A program made the translations under genes and the position numbers. Positions 10,080 to 19,362 of a stretch of 64,000 nt of DNA are shown here, in pieces. Origin of the DNA: a bacterium (GTDB lineage Bacteria > Patescibacteriota > Saccharimonadia > Saccharimonadales > JAUPVS01); NCBI GenBank assembly GCA_029780855.1, contig JAKOXV010000024.1:43275-107274 (forward strand), read 5' to 3'. Each line of letters begins with the position of its first letter. The stretch's first letter is position 1. The notes beneath the pieces are model-generated. The model saw only the letters and a program-made list of their open reading frames with translations. It made no database searches and was not told the origin of the DNA.

Positions 10080-10508
10080 ATGAAGCTACACATCATTACC
10101 ATTGGGCAACCCAAACTGGCATACGCAAAGCAAGGTTGGGAAGAATACCTAAAACGCCTCAAACTTTTTCATGACGTCCGCATTACCCATATTGCGGACA
10201 AGCATAATGAAGCCGCGCATATTCTTGCTGCAGCCAGCGGCTCGTACAAGATCGCCCTGGAAATAGCCGGAAAACAGCTTACCAGTCCACAGCTAGCAGA
10301 TTTTTTAGAAAAACGCGCCCAAGCCGGACAAGAGGTTTGTTTTATCATAGGTGGACCAGACGGTTTACCAGACGAAGTTACTGACAAAAGCGATTACCAA
10401 TGGAGCCTATCGCAACTAACGTTTCCGCACGATCTCGCCATGGTAGTACTAATGGAAACCCTGTACCGCGCGAGCAGTATCGCGAGCGGTTTACCGTACC
10501 ATAAATAG
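10080..10508 (+). CDS. rlmH: 23S rRNA m3-psi1915 methyltransferase RlmH
   Basis: FIIGGPDGL, SLSQLTFPH, C-terminal PYHK. Confidence 0.95.
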   Translation: MKLHIITIGQPKLAYAKQGWEEYLKRLKLFHDVRITHIADKHNEAAHILAAASGSYKIALEIAGKQLTSPQLADFLEKRAQAGQEVCFIIGGPDGLPDEVTDKSDYQWSLSQLTFPHDLAMVVLMETLYRASSIASGLPYHK

Positions 10509-10567
10509 GCTACGTATCTGCGAGATTCCTCACGTTATGGCCAAAAAATAAGCGGTATACTGGCACT

Positions 10568-11143
10568 ATGCGCAGACCAGATCAGCGTGACGCTTACAAA
10601 GGGAAGGAACCCTCGTGGCTTCTCAAGTTCCGTGAAATTGCCAATCCACGCGTGTTCTGGGCACTTGCCCCAGCTCTCGGATTAGCGGTTCTTGGTCTGG
10701 TTTTTGTCGGGGGCCGAATCGCCCACGTAGACCTAAAGCCGGCAGCTCCGACTCTGCAGACTGCTCAAGCAAACGCCGCACCTGAACCCAAGAATGAAGC
10801 AGCATCAACAGCCTCTGTACTAGGGGAGACTACCACGAATGCGTCGACACAAAAGAACCCAGGCACCAGGTCGTCCTCATCCTCCACAAAAGCGGTGCTG
10901 CCCACACCCAGTTCGGTTGTTCAAGAAGTTTGCAATCAAGCTGCCAAGCAATCGGCCACTACAACCTACAACGCCGCCATGTCCGCCGAAAACGCCTACC
11001 ACGATAGCGTACTGGCATCTTTGGTCGGCTATGTCCTTAATACGCTCAAACTAGCCGATGAAAACGCTCGTCATGATTCAGCTGTAAATAAAATCAACCA
11101 AGACTACCAGACCAATCTTACGACCGCTAACTGCAGCGGCTAG
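10568..11143 (+). CDS. Membrane-anchored hypothetical protein
   Basis: One TM helix, S/T-rich linker, helical C-terminus bounded by two Cys. Confidence 0.65.
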   Translation: MRRPDQRDAYKGKEPSWLLKFREIANPRVFWALAPALGLAVLGLVFVGGRIAHVDLKPAAPTLQTAQANAAPEPKNEAASTASVLGETTTNASTQKNPGTRSSSSSTKAVLPTPSSVVQEVCNQAAKQSATTTYNAAMSAENAYHDSVLASLVGYVLNTLKLADENARHDSAVNKINQDYQTNLTTANCSG

Positions 11144-11805
11144 GCAGTCGGTTTAACGTACAGTGCCAATGCGCTAACCACCGCAACTATTGAAATGCTA
11201 CATATTGTTATGAAGTAGTCTTGCAAAGTGTTGCCCTGAGCGTGGGAGATGATTTCCAGTATTGAGCCCACAGCAAACAGCAACCACCCGAACAGTAGCA
11301 CTAAGACACTCGCACGTAGGGTTTGGGAAGCTGACACTTTTTTGAGCGAAAAGTGCACAGCAACCAAACTCACAAACAACAGCACAACAGAAACTATGCT
11401 CGCAAATCCATGTACGAGAACCGCCGAATTATCGATCAGTGGTCCGCAAGCTTTAGTTGCCGGATCACAGGAAAGGGGAGTTAGGGCAGCTAAAGCAACC
11501 AGTAACCCAAACCCGGCGAGTGTACCGACCGCTAGTTTTTGCCAACCGGATTTTGCCTGCCCAAATAGCCACACGCTTACTCCTAGCAGAAGAACCCCCG
11601 CTAATACATCAGTAACGATAAATAACCAGTTATACGGGTGATGCAAGGCTTGCAATTCACTAGCCAGTGAATACCGTTCTACCTGTGGATCAAATATGTA
11701 CCCTAAGGGCCATGAACAGTACAGCAACGCAGCTACAAGACCAGCCCAAACAGCCAATTTGTTGCCTCTCGACAACTGCTGGTAGGTAAGTTTAAGCGCT
11801 TTCAT
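11140..11805 (-). CDS. DUF998-like multi-pass membrane protein
   Basis: About six TM helices; SEL.A...P, PLSC and HG motifs. Confidence 0.65.
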   Translation of the reverse strand: MKALKLTYQQLSRGNKLAVWAGLVAALLYCSWPLGYIFDPQVERYSLASELQALHHPYNWLFIVTDVLAGVLLLGVSVWLFGQAKSGWQKLAVGTLAGFGLLVALAALTPLSCDPATKACGPLIDNSAVLVHGFASIVSVVLLFVSLVAVHFSLKKVSASQTLRASVLVLLFGWLLFAVGSILEIISHAQGNTLQDYFITICSISIVAVVSALALYVKPTA

Positions 11806-11834
11806 CCTACACTAAAGTATAGCAAGGCAATGTC

Positions 11835-13259
11835 TTACTCAGGATAGCAGTTACTAAAGTCCGTCTGAAGCGGATGGACCGTCACCGTGGTATCGTCTTT
11901 GTCCATTGCATACCAGGTGTAAACGTGTTCACCTCTTCCTTGTGCTATTTCGTTACCACGAATATACGCCCGGGTATTTTTGGGTGGGGTTTTCAGCCGT
12001 TTCCGCTGTTCGTGCACCGAATTTGTATGTGAAAATCCCTGCCAGCCGGCTACTTTCTTTTTTCTAATCCGCTCAGCTATACCACCACCTATCCAATCCC
12101 AGGCATAATCAAACTTACACATTGTTTCAGAATCGAGTGTCACACCGGCTTTTTCCATTTTCGCTTCCATGGCAACCAATCGTGCAACCGATTCTACGTA
12201 TGGAGCCGTAGCCCGCATATCTCTAGACATAAGGTCGGCCACATCAATTATTTCCCCCAGTACCTGCACACTCTCATCGTCGAGATACCCGACCTCTTCA
12301 TGTGCCTCAAATATCGTTTCTGTTATTCCTCGCAAAATATCAGCCGGGTACAAACTGACCGGCTTCACCTCATTGATATCTGCTTCTACCGTTTTTTCGT
12401 TACCAAAACGTCCAACCGTCTGGGCTGCCTGAATGGGTCGCACTAAATGCGGGATATCTGCTTGCTCCGGAGAAATTTCTAGCAGCTTCACAAAAGCGTT
12501 GGTCAAGACCAGGCTCGCCCGCATGGGCCAGGGAAAGTTTAAGGCATCGCTGGTAACCGTTTCTAACCTGCGCACCCCGATATCAGGCTTAAAGCTCGTA
12601 CGTACTAGCGGCCTGTCCGAATAGCTAGATGCTGAACGGTCAACTTGGTTCGTAACAGACAGACGGGGTGAATGGTGAAAGTGCGTTTCACCGGCAACAT
12701 TTAACAGCAACCCGCCCGAGCCAAACAACGCACCCTTAGCCACATTCAGCGCGGCCAGTTCTGCGATGTCCCAATGTGAAAAATCGGAATCTTCCAGTGA
12801 AGTCGCAGTGTTTATGTGTACACCCCGGGAGCTGCGATTATGATCAACATTGCGGCGGTTAATTTGAAAAGACTTAATTACGCCTTCTTGGAGCAGTAGG
12901 TTCATAGCACCAAACAAGATTTCATCACCATCAAAACTACGCAGAACACACTCCTCAGCGGTTGTTACCTCCGGGGTCGCATACTCTGGACCGCTGGGGT
13001 CAAAATAAAACCGTCCTCCGTTAGAGAGCATTCCAATACTGTTCTTTTTGAGGCCTAACTTCTCAACGCTTGTCGCAATCTGCTCGTAAGGCACCACATC
13101 CTTTTCGTTTTCACCCGGTGCCTGATACAGGCCTAGTTCGCTGTCCAGTGAGTGACATTCACCAATAATTTCCTGACTTTCACCCGTATTGGTGACGACC
13201 ATCATAGAATACTCAGTTTCTATCCCATATAGGGTGGGACTCGGTGTAATTCCTCGCAT
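11835..13259 (-). CDS. Pup ligase/depupylase (PafA/Dop) family protein
   Basis: LYGIETEY, LSNGGRFYFD..GPEYATPE, NVDHNRSSRGVHIN match the PafA/Dop N-terminal motifs. Confidence 0.8.
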   Translation of the reverse strand: MRGITPSPTLYGIETEYSMMVVTNTGESQEIIGECHSLDSELGLYQAPGENEKDVVPYEQIATSVEKLGLKKNSIGMLSNGGRFYFDPSGPEYATPEVTTAEECVLRSFDGDEILFGAMNLLLQEGVIKSFQINRRNVDHNRSSRGVHINTATSLEDSDFSHWDIAELAALNVAKGALFGSGGLLLNVAGETHFHHSPRLSVTNQVDRSASSYSDRPLVRTSFKPDIGVRRLETVTSDALNFPWPMRASLVLTNAFVKLLEISPEQADIPHLVRPIQAAQTVGRFGNEKTVEADINEVKPVSLYPADILRGITETIFEAHEEVGYLDDESVQVLGEIIDVADLMSRDMRATAPYVESVARLVAMEAKMEKAGVTLDSETMCKFDYAWDWIGGGIAERIRKKKVAGWQGFSHTNSVHEQRKRLKTPPKNTRAYIRGNEIAQGRGEHVYTWYAMDKDDTTVTVHPLQTDFSNCYPE

Positions 13260-13321
13260 AAAGCAATATTGCGATATGTTCGCAATATTTGCAAGTGCAC
13301 AAAAAAACAATTAGCCGTAAC

Positions 13322-13358
13322 AAAGAAAATACCCGAGCTTTCACTCGGGCATTTTCTT
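13322..13358 (-). terminator. Intrinsic terminator after tRNA-Glu
   Basis: CCCGAG/CTCGGG stem flanked by AAAGAAAAT/ATTTTCTTT. Confidence 0.7.
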
Positions 13359-13433
13359 TGGTGACCTCACGGGGAATCGAACCCCGATTGCCAGGATGAG
13401 AACCTGGTGTCCTAACCGTTAGACGATGAGGCC
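13359..13433 (-). tRNA. tRNA-Glu(CTC)
   Basis: GGCCTCATCGTCTAACGG...CCAGG-TT-CTC-AT-CCTGG...GGTTCGATTCC...GGTCACCA, 75 nt with encoded CCA. Confidence 0.97.
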
Positions 13434-13577
13434 TTAAGCGTGGGAGCAATGATTTTGTGCTTTCAGAAAATCTTGCTTCTCGCGAAGGCGGCCATATTGT
13501 GCAGCAATATGAGGCCTAGTTTTATGTTCCGTGGACCATAAAATACTATCACAACAGGGGTAGGGAAGCAATAACAC

Positions 13578-13607
13578 AAAAAGCAGCTCGGTAAAGAGCT
13601 GCTTTTT
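13578..13607. terminator. Bidirectional intrinsic terminator
   Basis: AAAAAGCAGCTC-loop-GAGCTGCTTTTT. Confidence 0.7.
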
Positions 13608-13855
13608 ATTATCTACCCATAACGGGCGACACCTAGATGCATACATTTCAAAACAACTAAGGGAGGGGTGCGTTGTTTTGGTTTCCCACCTAAGGTCTCC
13701 ACATACTTTAGCACAAGCGTCAATAGTCGTCTAGATTTCCGAATAGTCTTCTGTGGACAACTTTCTTAGGTTTGCTCTAGAGGTAGAACCCATGTCATAA
13801 TAGTTATGGTAAAGCCGGAAAACACCAACATGAATACAGCTCCTGAGGTAACAGG

Positions 13856-15181
13856 ATGAACATGCTACTACTTGTCGGCGCCGTTGGCATTATTGCAATC
13901 GGGGTGGTTTTTTTTATTGCCGTAAGACTCCGTTCTAAGCGCAAACATCACAGTGCGGTTGATGCTCTCAATTCTTCACTTAGCAAAGAAATGGCTAAAT
14001 CCGACATTATCCTCAGCGCCATAGAAGATGGGGTAATCCTGATCGATGCGAGCCGAACAATACATGTCTTTAATAACGGTGCTGCTAACATTACGGGTTG
14101 GCCGGTTAATGAAGCTATGGGGATCGATTACCGTTCGGTAATGAAGCTCGTTGATGCTAAGAACCAGGATTATCCAGAAGCAGACCACCCATTTGCTCGG
14201 GTTTTCACGGAAAAGAAAACCATCCGTGACAATACCGCAACGCTCGTTTCCCGATCCGATAAAAGGATTTCGGTTAACATTAGTGTTTCTCCGCTGCTAG
14301 ATAAAAACGAAAACGTTACCGGAGCAGTTGCGGTTTTTAGGGATGTCAGCACGGAGCGACAGGAAGAAAAGCAGCGAGCTGACTTTATTAGCACCGCAAG
14401 CCATGAAATGCGCACGCCGGTAGCTGCTATTGAAGGCTACTTAGCACTAGCTCTGAATGATCATGTTAGCAAGATTGACAGTAAAGCCCGAGGATATCTG
14501 GAGAAGGCCCATGAATCAACCCAGCATCTCGGCCAACTCTTTCAAGACCTGCTCACCAGTGCCCGAGCCGAAGATGGCCGTTTGAGTAACCACCCGATGG
14601 CGGTAGAAATGGGTGAATTCCTGGAAAAACTCAGCGAAGATCTCCGCTTTTCTGCCGAAAAGAAGGGACTCAAGATGGAATTTGTGGTGGGTACTACCGA
14701 TAGCGTTATCGATGCGAGCAAGGGCAACACTAAAGTGTTGAAACCACTGTACTACGTCTTTGTTGACCCAGAGCGTCTCCGCGAAGTCATCACTAATCTG
14801 TTCGACAATGCGGTCAAGTATACGGAAGCTGGAAACGTTTCAATCGGTTTAACCGGCAACAACGAAGTCGTTCAGCTCTATGTCCGCGACACCGGTCCCG
14901 GCATACCCTCAGAAGACATTCCGCATCTGTTCCAAAAGTTCTATCGAGTAGACAACTCCAGCACTCGCACAATCGGCGGTACGGGATTGGGGCTGTTTAT
15001 CGCCCGTAAGATCATCGAGCTATACAATGGCCGTATCTGGGTAGAGAGTGAGCTGGAAAAGGGCAGTACCTTCTTTATAAACCTACCACGCATAACTCCG
15101 GAAAAAGCGGCGCAACTACAAGCTGCTGAAGCCGCCAATACCAACCTGAACCCACCAATGCCAACAGGCAGTGGAACATGA
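13856..15181 (+). CDS. PAS-domain sensor histidine kinase (WalK/PhoR-like)
   Basis: TM, PAS, ASHEMRTPV, NLFDNAVKY, GGTGLGL. Confidence 0.92.
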   Translation: MNMLLLVGAVGIIAIGVVFFIAVRLRSKRKHHSAVDALNSSLSKEMAKSDIILSAIEDGVILIDASRTIHVFNNGAANITGWPVNEAMGIDYRSVMKLVDAKNQDYPEADHPFARVFTEKKTIRDNTATLVSRSDKRISVNISVSPLLDKNENVTGAVAVFRDVSTERQEEKQRADFISTASHEMRTPVAAIEGYLALALNDHVSKIDSKARGYLEKAHESTQHLGQLFQDLLTSARAEDGRLSNHPMAVEMGEFLEKLSEDLRFSAEKKGLKMEFVVGTTDSVIDASKGNTKVLKPLYYVFVDPERLREVITNLFDNAVKYTEAGNVSIGLTGNNEVVQLYVRDTGPGIPSEDIPHLFQKFYRVDNSSTRTIGGTGLGLFIARKIIELYNGRIWVESELEKGSTFFINLPRITPEKAAQLQAAEAANTNLNPPMPTGSGT

Positions 15182-15231
15182 TACAATGCTAGTAACCATA
15201 AGTTTTTTGCACTAATACAGGGGAAAAGTAC

Positions 15232-16566
15232 ATGTCAAAAGTAATGCTCGTCGAAGACGATAATAACCTGCGGGAGATATATGAAGCCCGTCTGGCCGCA
15301 GAAGGATACGAAATTGTATCCGCCCATGATGGCGAAGAAGCGCTGGCTCTTGCGGTCAAGGAACGGCCTGACCTTATCATATCCGATATCATGATGCCCA
15401 AGGTTAGTGGCTTTGACATGCTCGACATTCTCCGTACCACCCCTGAGACTAAAGACACCAAAGTGATTATGATGACTGCGCTCAGCCAGGCAGAAGACAG
15501 AGCACGAGCCGATAAACTAGGAGCCGATAAATACCTCGTAAAATCACAGGTAACCCTCGAGGATGTGGTGAAGACTGCTCGAGAGGTACTTGAAGGTAGC
15601 GCAGCCCCCACAGCCGGCTCCGCACCGGCCACAGCAAATCCTACTACCGCCGCAGCGGCAGTCACGGACTCTCCTGAACCTGCAGCACCTGCAACACCAG
15701 CGCCAGCACCAGAGCCAACTCCCATGCCTGTTACGTCGCCGCCAGCCACCCCCAACCCGGCTCCGACATCAAGCCCCGCGCCAGCGCCTAGTCCTGCTCC
15801 AGCTCCTACACCGCAGCCAACGGCAATTCCCGTTTCGGAACCACCTGCAGAACCAAGCAATACACCTGTAGCTTCAGCAGCCCCCAGCTCCGGTGAACCG
15901 GCCCAAGCTAGTTACTCTGTAGCATCGTACGCGCCGCCCGCTGAACCCGCCACCCCAGCGCCTAGTCCTGCTCCAACTACTGAACCTGAACCGGCCGCGG
16001 CAGCACCAGTAGTAGTTCCGGAACCAGCACCAGAAGCCGTTGCATCCCCTGAACCTACACCAGCTCCACAAGCCTCAGATGCAGAGCAAAAAATCCAAGA
16101 TTTTATCGCCAATAACGCTACTCCCGCACCGCCCGCTGAACCCGCCACCCCAGCGCCTAGTCCTGCTCCAACTACTGAACCAGTTCCACAACCAGAGCAG
16201 ATCACACCTGAACCACAACCCAGCACACCACCAACACCTATCCCGGTAACTGATCCGGATCCTACGCCGCAACCTCCAAGCAGCGAACCAGCTCCAGAAG
16301 CAGAGACTGAGGCAGACACCGAGAATCAAACTGAGCCGGACAAGCACAAAAAAGTAATAAAACCGCTCAATGATCTCAATGCTCCGCGCGTTGATTTAAG
16401 TGAACTACTCGCCAAAGAAGAGGCCAAGCAATCAGAAGCATCTCCTGAAACACCGAGTACGCCTCCCACAACCCTACCAGGCACGCTTCCAAATCCAGAG
16501 GATGCACCAGAACCAACTCCTCCTCAGCCCGGGCAAAGCATCGATCCCAACAGTATTTCACTTTAG
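15232..16566 (+). CDS. Response regulator with long Pro/Ala/Glu-rich tail
   Basis: N-terminal receiver (VEDD, SDIMMP, K) followed by about 320 low-complexity residues. Confidence 0.88.
   Translation: MSKVMLVEDDNNLREIYEARLAAEGYEIVSAHDGEEALALAVKERPDLIISDIMMPKVSGFDMLDILRTTPETKDTKVIMMTALSQAEDRARADKLGADKYLVKSQVTLEDVVKTAREVLEGSAAPTAGSAPATANPTTAAAAVTDSPEPAAPATPAPAPEPTPMPVTSPPATPNPAPTSSPAPAPSPAPAPTPQPTAIPVSEPPAEPSNTPVASAAPSSGEPAQASYSVASYAPPAEPATPAPSPAPTTEPEPAAAAPVVVPEPAPEAVASPEPTPAPQASDAEQKIQDFIANNATPAPPAEPATPAPSPAPTTEPVPQPEQITPEPQPSTPPTPIPVTDPDPTPQPPSSEPAPEAETEADTENQTEPDKHKKVIKPLNDLNAPRVDLSELLAKEEAKQSEASPETPSTPPTTLPGTLPNPEDAPEPTPPQPGQSIDPNSISL
15934..16181 (+). repeat. Exact 53-bp direct repeat (15934-15986 and 16129-16181) in the Pro-rich tail
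   Basis: CCGCCCGCTGAACCCGCCACCCCAGCGCCTAGTCCTGCTCCAACTACTGAACC occurs twice. Confidence 0.85.
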
Positions 16567-16584
16567 CGTGGTAAGCTAGCGTAT

Positions 16585-17235
16585 ATGCGCATAAATAAAT
16601 ACATTGCTCTAGCCACCGGCATGTCCCGGCGGAGTGCCGATGCTGCTATTGCTGCGGGTAGAATACAGATAAACGGTGCCACGCCGAAACCCGGCCAACA
16701 GGTAGAAACGTCTGATGTGGTAACCCTTGACAATAGTGTTATTACATTGCCTGTCAATACCACCACACTACTCCTCAATAAGCCCGTCGGTTACGTCTGT
16801 TCTCGGGACGGCCAGGGGAGTAAAACGGTCTATGATTTACTGCCTGAAACACTCCACAAACTAAAGCCCGTGGGCCGCCTCGATAAAGACTCTTCAGGTT
16901 TGCTACTGATGACTAATGACGGTTCGCTCGCCAATACGCTTACACACCCACGGTATGCAAAAGAAAAGCGCTACGAAGTCACTCTAGATAAAGCCCTGGA
17001 TGAATCTGACCGCAAAAAAATTGAACAAGGCATAATGCTAGAAGATGGTACAAGCACACTAAAGCTTACCGGTGACAGTACGCACTGGACCGTAACGATG
17101 ACCGAGGGGAGGAACCGCCAGGTCCGCCGGACTTTTGCAGCACTTGGCTATAATGTACGTAACCTGCACCGTACAGCTTTCGGGGATTATCAGCTCGGCA
17201 CGCTTGGCATCGCAAAATACGAAATATTAAATTAG
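16585..17235 (+). CDS. RsuA/RluB-family rRNA pseudouridine synthase
   Basis: S4 domain, LLNKPVGY, GRLDKDSSGLLL, EGRNRQVRR. Confidence 0.92.
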   Translation: MRINKYIALATGMSRRSADAAIAAGRIQINGATPKPGQQVETSDVVTLDNSVITLPVNTTTLLLNKPVGYVCSRDGQGSKTVYDLLPETLHKLKPVGRLDKDSSGLLLMTNDGSLANTLTHPRYAKEKRYEVTLDKALDESDRKKIEQGIMLEDGTSTLKLTGDSTHWTVTMTEGRNRQVRRTFAALGYNVRNLHRTAFGDYQLGTLGIAKYEILN

Positions 17236-17273
17236 TTTTGTCAATACTTACTACCTCTGTTATAATATAGGGA

Positions 17274-18620
17274 ATGAGCAAAAAGCTTCCCATAGTTGCA
17301 ATTGTCGGACGTGCCAATGTTGGTAAGTCTAGTTTGTTTAATGCGATTTTACGTCGCCGCGAAGCGATTGTCGCCGATGAGCCAGGCACCACTAGGGACA
17401 GTATTCTAGCCAAAGCCTCGCATGAGGGCAGGGACTTTTGGATTGTTGACACAGCCGGTATTAAAGACCCGGAAGACGATTTTGAATTCACCATCCAGGA
17501 GCAGATATCTCAGGCAGCCGACAGTGCCGATGTTATTTGGGTGGTAATTGAGGCCGACGTTCCCATTACCGAAGAAGACCGCCGCGTTGCTAAGATGGCG
17601 CTCAAAACCAAAAAGCCGGTATTTCTAGTTGTGAATAAAGCCGACAAAGCCAAGGGTAAGAAAGCCGATGATTACCTGCGGCTTGGTATTAAACAAGTAT
17701 ATTTGACGTCAGCTACCCAGAATCGGGGCATAGAATCAGTTCTAGATAGCGTTGTTGAAATAATTCCTCAGGCCACCCACATTCAGGCTGATGATGTACT
17801 ACGGATTGCGCTACTTGGCCGACCGAATGTTGGCAAGTCATACCTGTTCAACACCCTCGCAAAGAAGCAGCAGGCGATCGTAGCCGATAGAGCCGGTACT
17901 ACCAGAGACATCAACCGTGCTACCGTACGCTTCAATAACCAGGAGATTGAACTCCTCGACACTGCCGGAATCCGCCGCAGCGGCAAAATAGGACAGGGAG
18001 TTGAGCGCTTCAGTGTTATCCGGTCACTGAGCGCTATCGAACAAGCCGATATCTGCCTGGTTCTCATGGATGTAAACGAACCGGGGACGGCGCTTGATCA
18101 AAAGATAGCCGGCATGGTCAAGGAAGCTGGGAAGGGTATGATCTTGGTCGTAAGCAAATGGGATAGTCTCGAGGAAAAAACGCCGTTCAGCCGTGATCAG
18201 ATGGCCAAGGTGATTGCCCAGGACTTTGTGTTCGTGCCGTGGGCGCCGCTCATATTCACCAGTTCCGTAACCGGTCAGAACGTAGCGAAGATTTTTGAAC
18301 TAGCCCAAGAAATCTACGAACGCCGCAAAACAATTATTAAAACCCGTGATCTCAACCGCTGGCTAAAGGAGGTGACGGAAAGCCACCCACCGGCAGGTCT
18401 CAAGAATCGTGCACCAAAACTGAACTACATCGTACAAGAGGATGATAATCCTATTCCGAGCTTCAAGGTGTTTGGCGCTCACACCAAGTTCCTACACTGG
18501 AGCTATAAGCGTTTCATGGAGCGAACCATGCGGGAAAAGTGGGATTATGCTGGCACCCCAATCCAATTTTGGTTCATAGAAAAACACGTCACCCACAAAC
18601 ACGGCACCAAACCGGAGTAA
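17274..18620 (+). CDS. der: Ribosome biogenesis GTPase Der (EngA)
   Basis: Two GTPase domains GR.NVGKS, DTAG, NKAD/SKWD. Confidence 0.97.
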   Translation: MSKKLPIVAIVGRANVGKSSLFNAILRRREAIVADEPGTTRDSILAKASHEGRDFWIVDTAGIKDPEDDFEFTIQEQISQAADSADVIWVVIEADVPITEEDRRVAKMALKTKKPVFLVVNKADKAKGKKADDYLRLGIKQVYLTSATQNRGIESVLDSVVEIIPQATHIQADDVLRIALLGRPNVGKSYLFNTLAKKQQAIVADRAGTTRDINRATVRFNNQEIELLDTAGIRRSGKIGQGVERFSVIRSLSAIEQADICLVLMDVNEPGTALDQKIAGMVKEAGKGMILVVSKWDSLEEKTPFSRDQMAKVIAQDFVFVPWAPLIFTSSVTGQNVAKIFELAQEIYERRKTIIKTRDLNRWLKEVTESHPPAGLKNRAPKLNYIVQEDDNPIPSFKVFGAHTKFLHWSYKRFMERTMREKWDYAGTPIQFWFIEKHVTHKHGTKPE

Positions 18621-18669
18621 TCAGTCCGCTGCTGGACAGCAGGGTTCTGTAATGCGAAACTAGAAGGCA

Positions 18670-19305
18670 ATGGGACTTTTTGTAAAGAAAGAAACGAATG
18701 ACAATATGCCGCTCTACAACCTCGGTCTGGAAAAGACGGTGGTAATTGTAGGGCTCGGCAACATCGGCGCCGAATATAATCTGACTCGCCATAATATCGG
18801 ATTCTACTGTATTGACCAGTTTGCTGAATCCAACGACTTTCCCAAATGGACTCAAAAGAAGGATCTTAAGTGCGAACTGAGCGTGCAGAGTATCAACAAC
18901 AAACGCGTGGTGCTGGTAAAACCTCATACCTATATGAACCTGAGCGGTGAAGCAGTCCAGGCAGTGCAGCACTTCTACAAGGTGCTAGCAGAAGATACCG
19001 TTGTTATTCACGACGAGCTCGACGTACCGTTTGGGCAAATCCGTATGCGAACCGGCGGTGGGTCGGCCGGACATAACGGTATAAAGTCACTTATCCAGCA
19101 CGGCAATGAAAACGTGGACCGTATACGTGTCGGGATTCATAACGATTTTGCTGAAAAGGCAGATAGCGCAGATTTCGTGCTTGGGAAGTTCACGGCCACC
19201 GAACAGGAAAATCTCAAAAAGCTTTCCAAAGAAGTTACCGCTATACTGACCGAATATCTCTACGGCGGCACGTTGCCTCACGAAACCAGAACGGTGTTTG
19301 ATTAG
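18670..19305 (+). CDS. pth: Peptidyl-tRNA hydrolase
   Basis: VGLGN, TRHNIGF, YMNLSG, HDELD, GHNG. Confidence 0.96.
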   Translation: MGLFVKKETNDNMPLYNLGLEKTVVIVGLGNIGAEYNLTRHNIGFYCIDQFAESNDFPKWTQKKDLKCELSVQSINNKRVVLVKPHTYMNLSGEAVQAVQHFYKVLAEDTVVIHDELDVPFGQIRMRTGGGSAGHNGIKSLIQHGNENVDRIRVGIHNDFAEKADSADFVLGKFTATEQENLKKLSKEVTAILTEYLYGGTLPHETRTVFD

Positions 19306-19362
19306 CCCTCCGCTAGCCAACTGCTTTACAAAGGGATTATAATATAGGCAGATAAAGAGGAG

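Noticed and set aside
13269..13285. Possible SOS box upstream of the PafA-like gene (TTGCGA-N5-TCGCAA; similar GCGAACATTCGC near 30457)
   Set aside because: Spacing does not fit GAAC-N4-GTTC, and no such site was seen upstream of the Y-family polymerase operon.
15189..16347. Gly/Ala-rich minus-strand ORFs
   Set aside because: Antisense shadows of the Pro-rich response-regulator tail.
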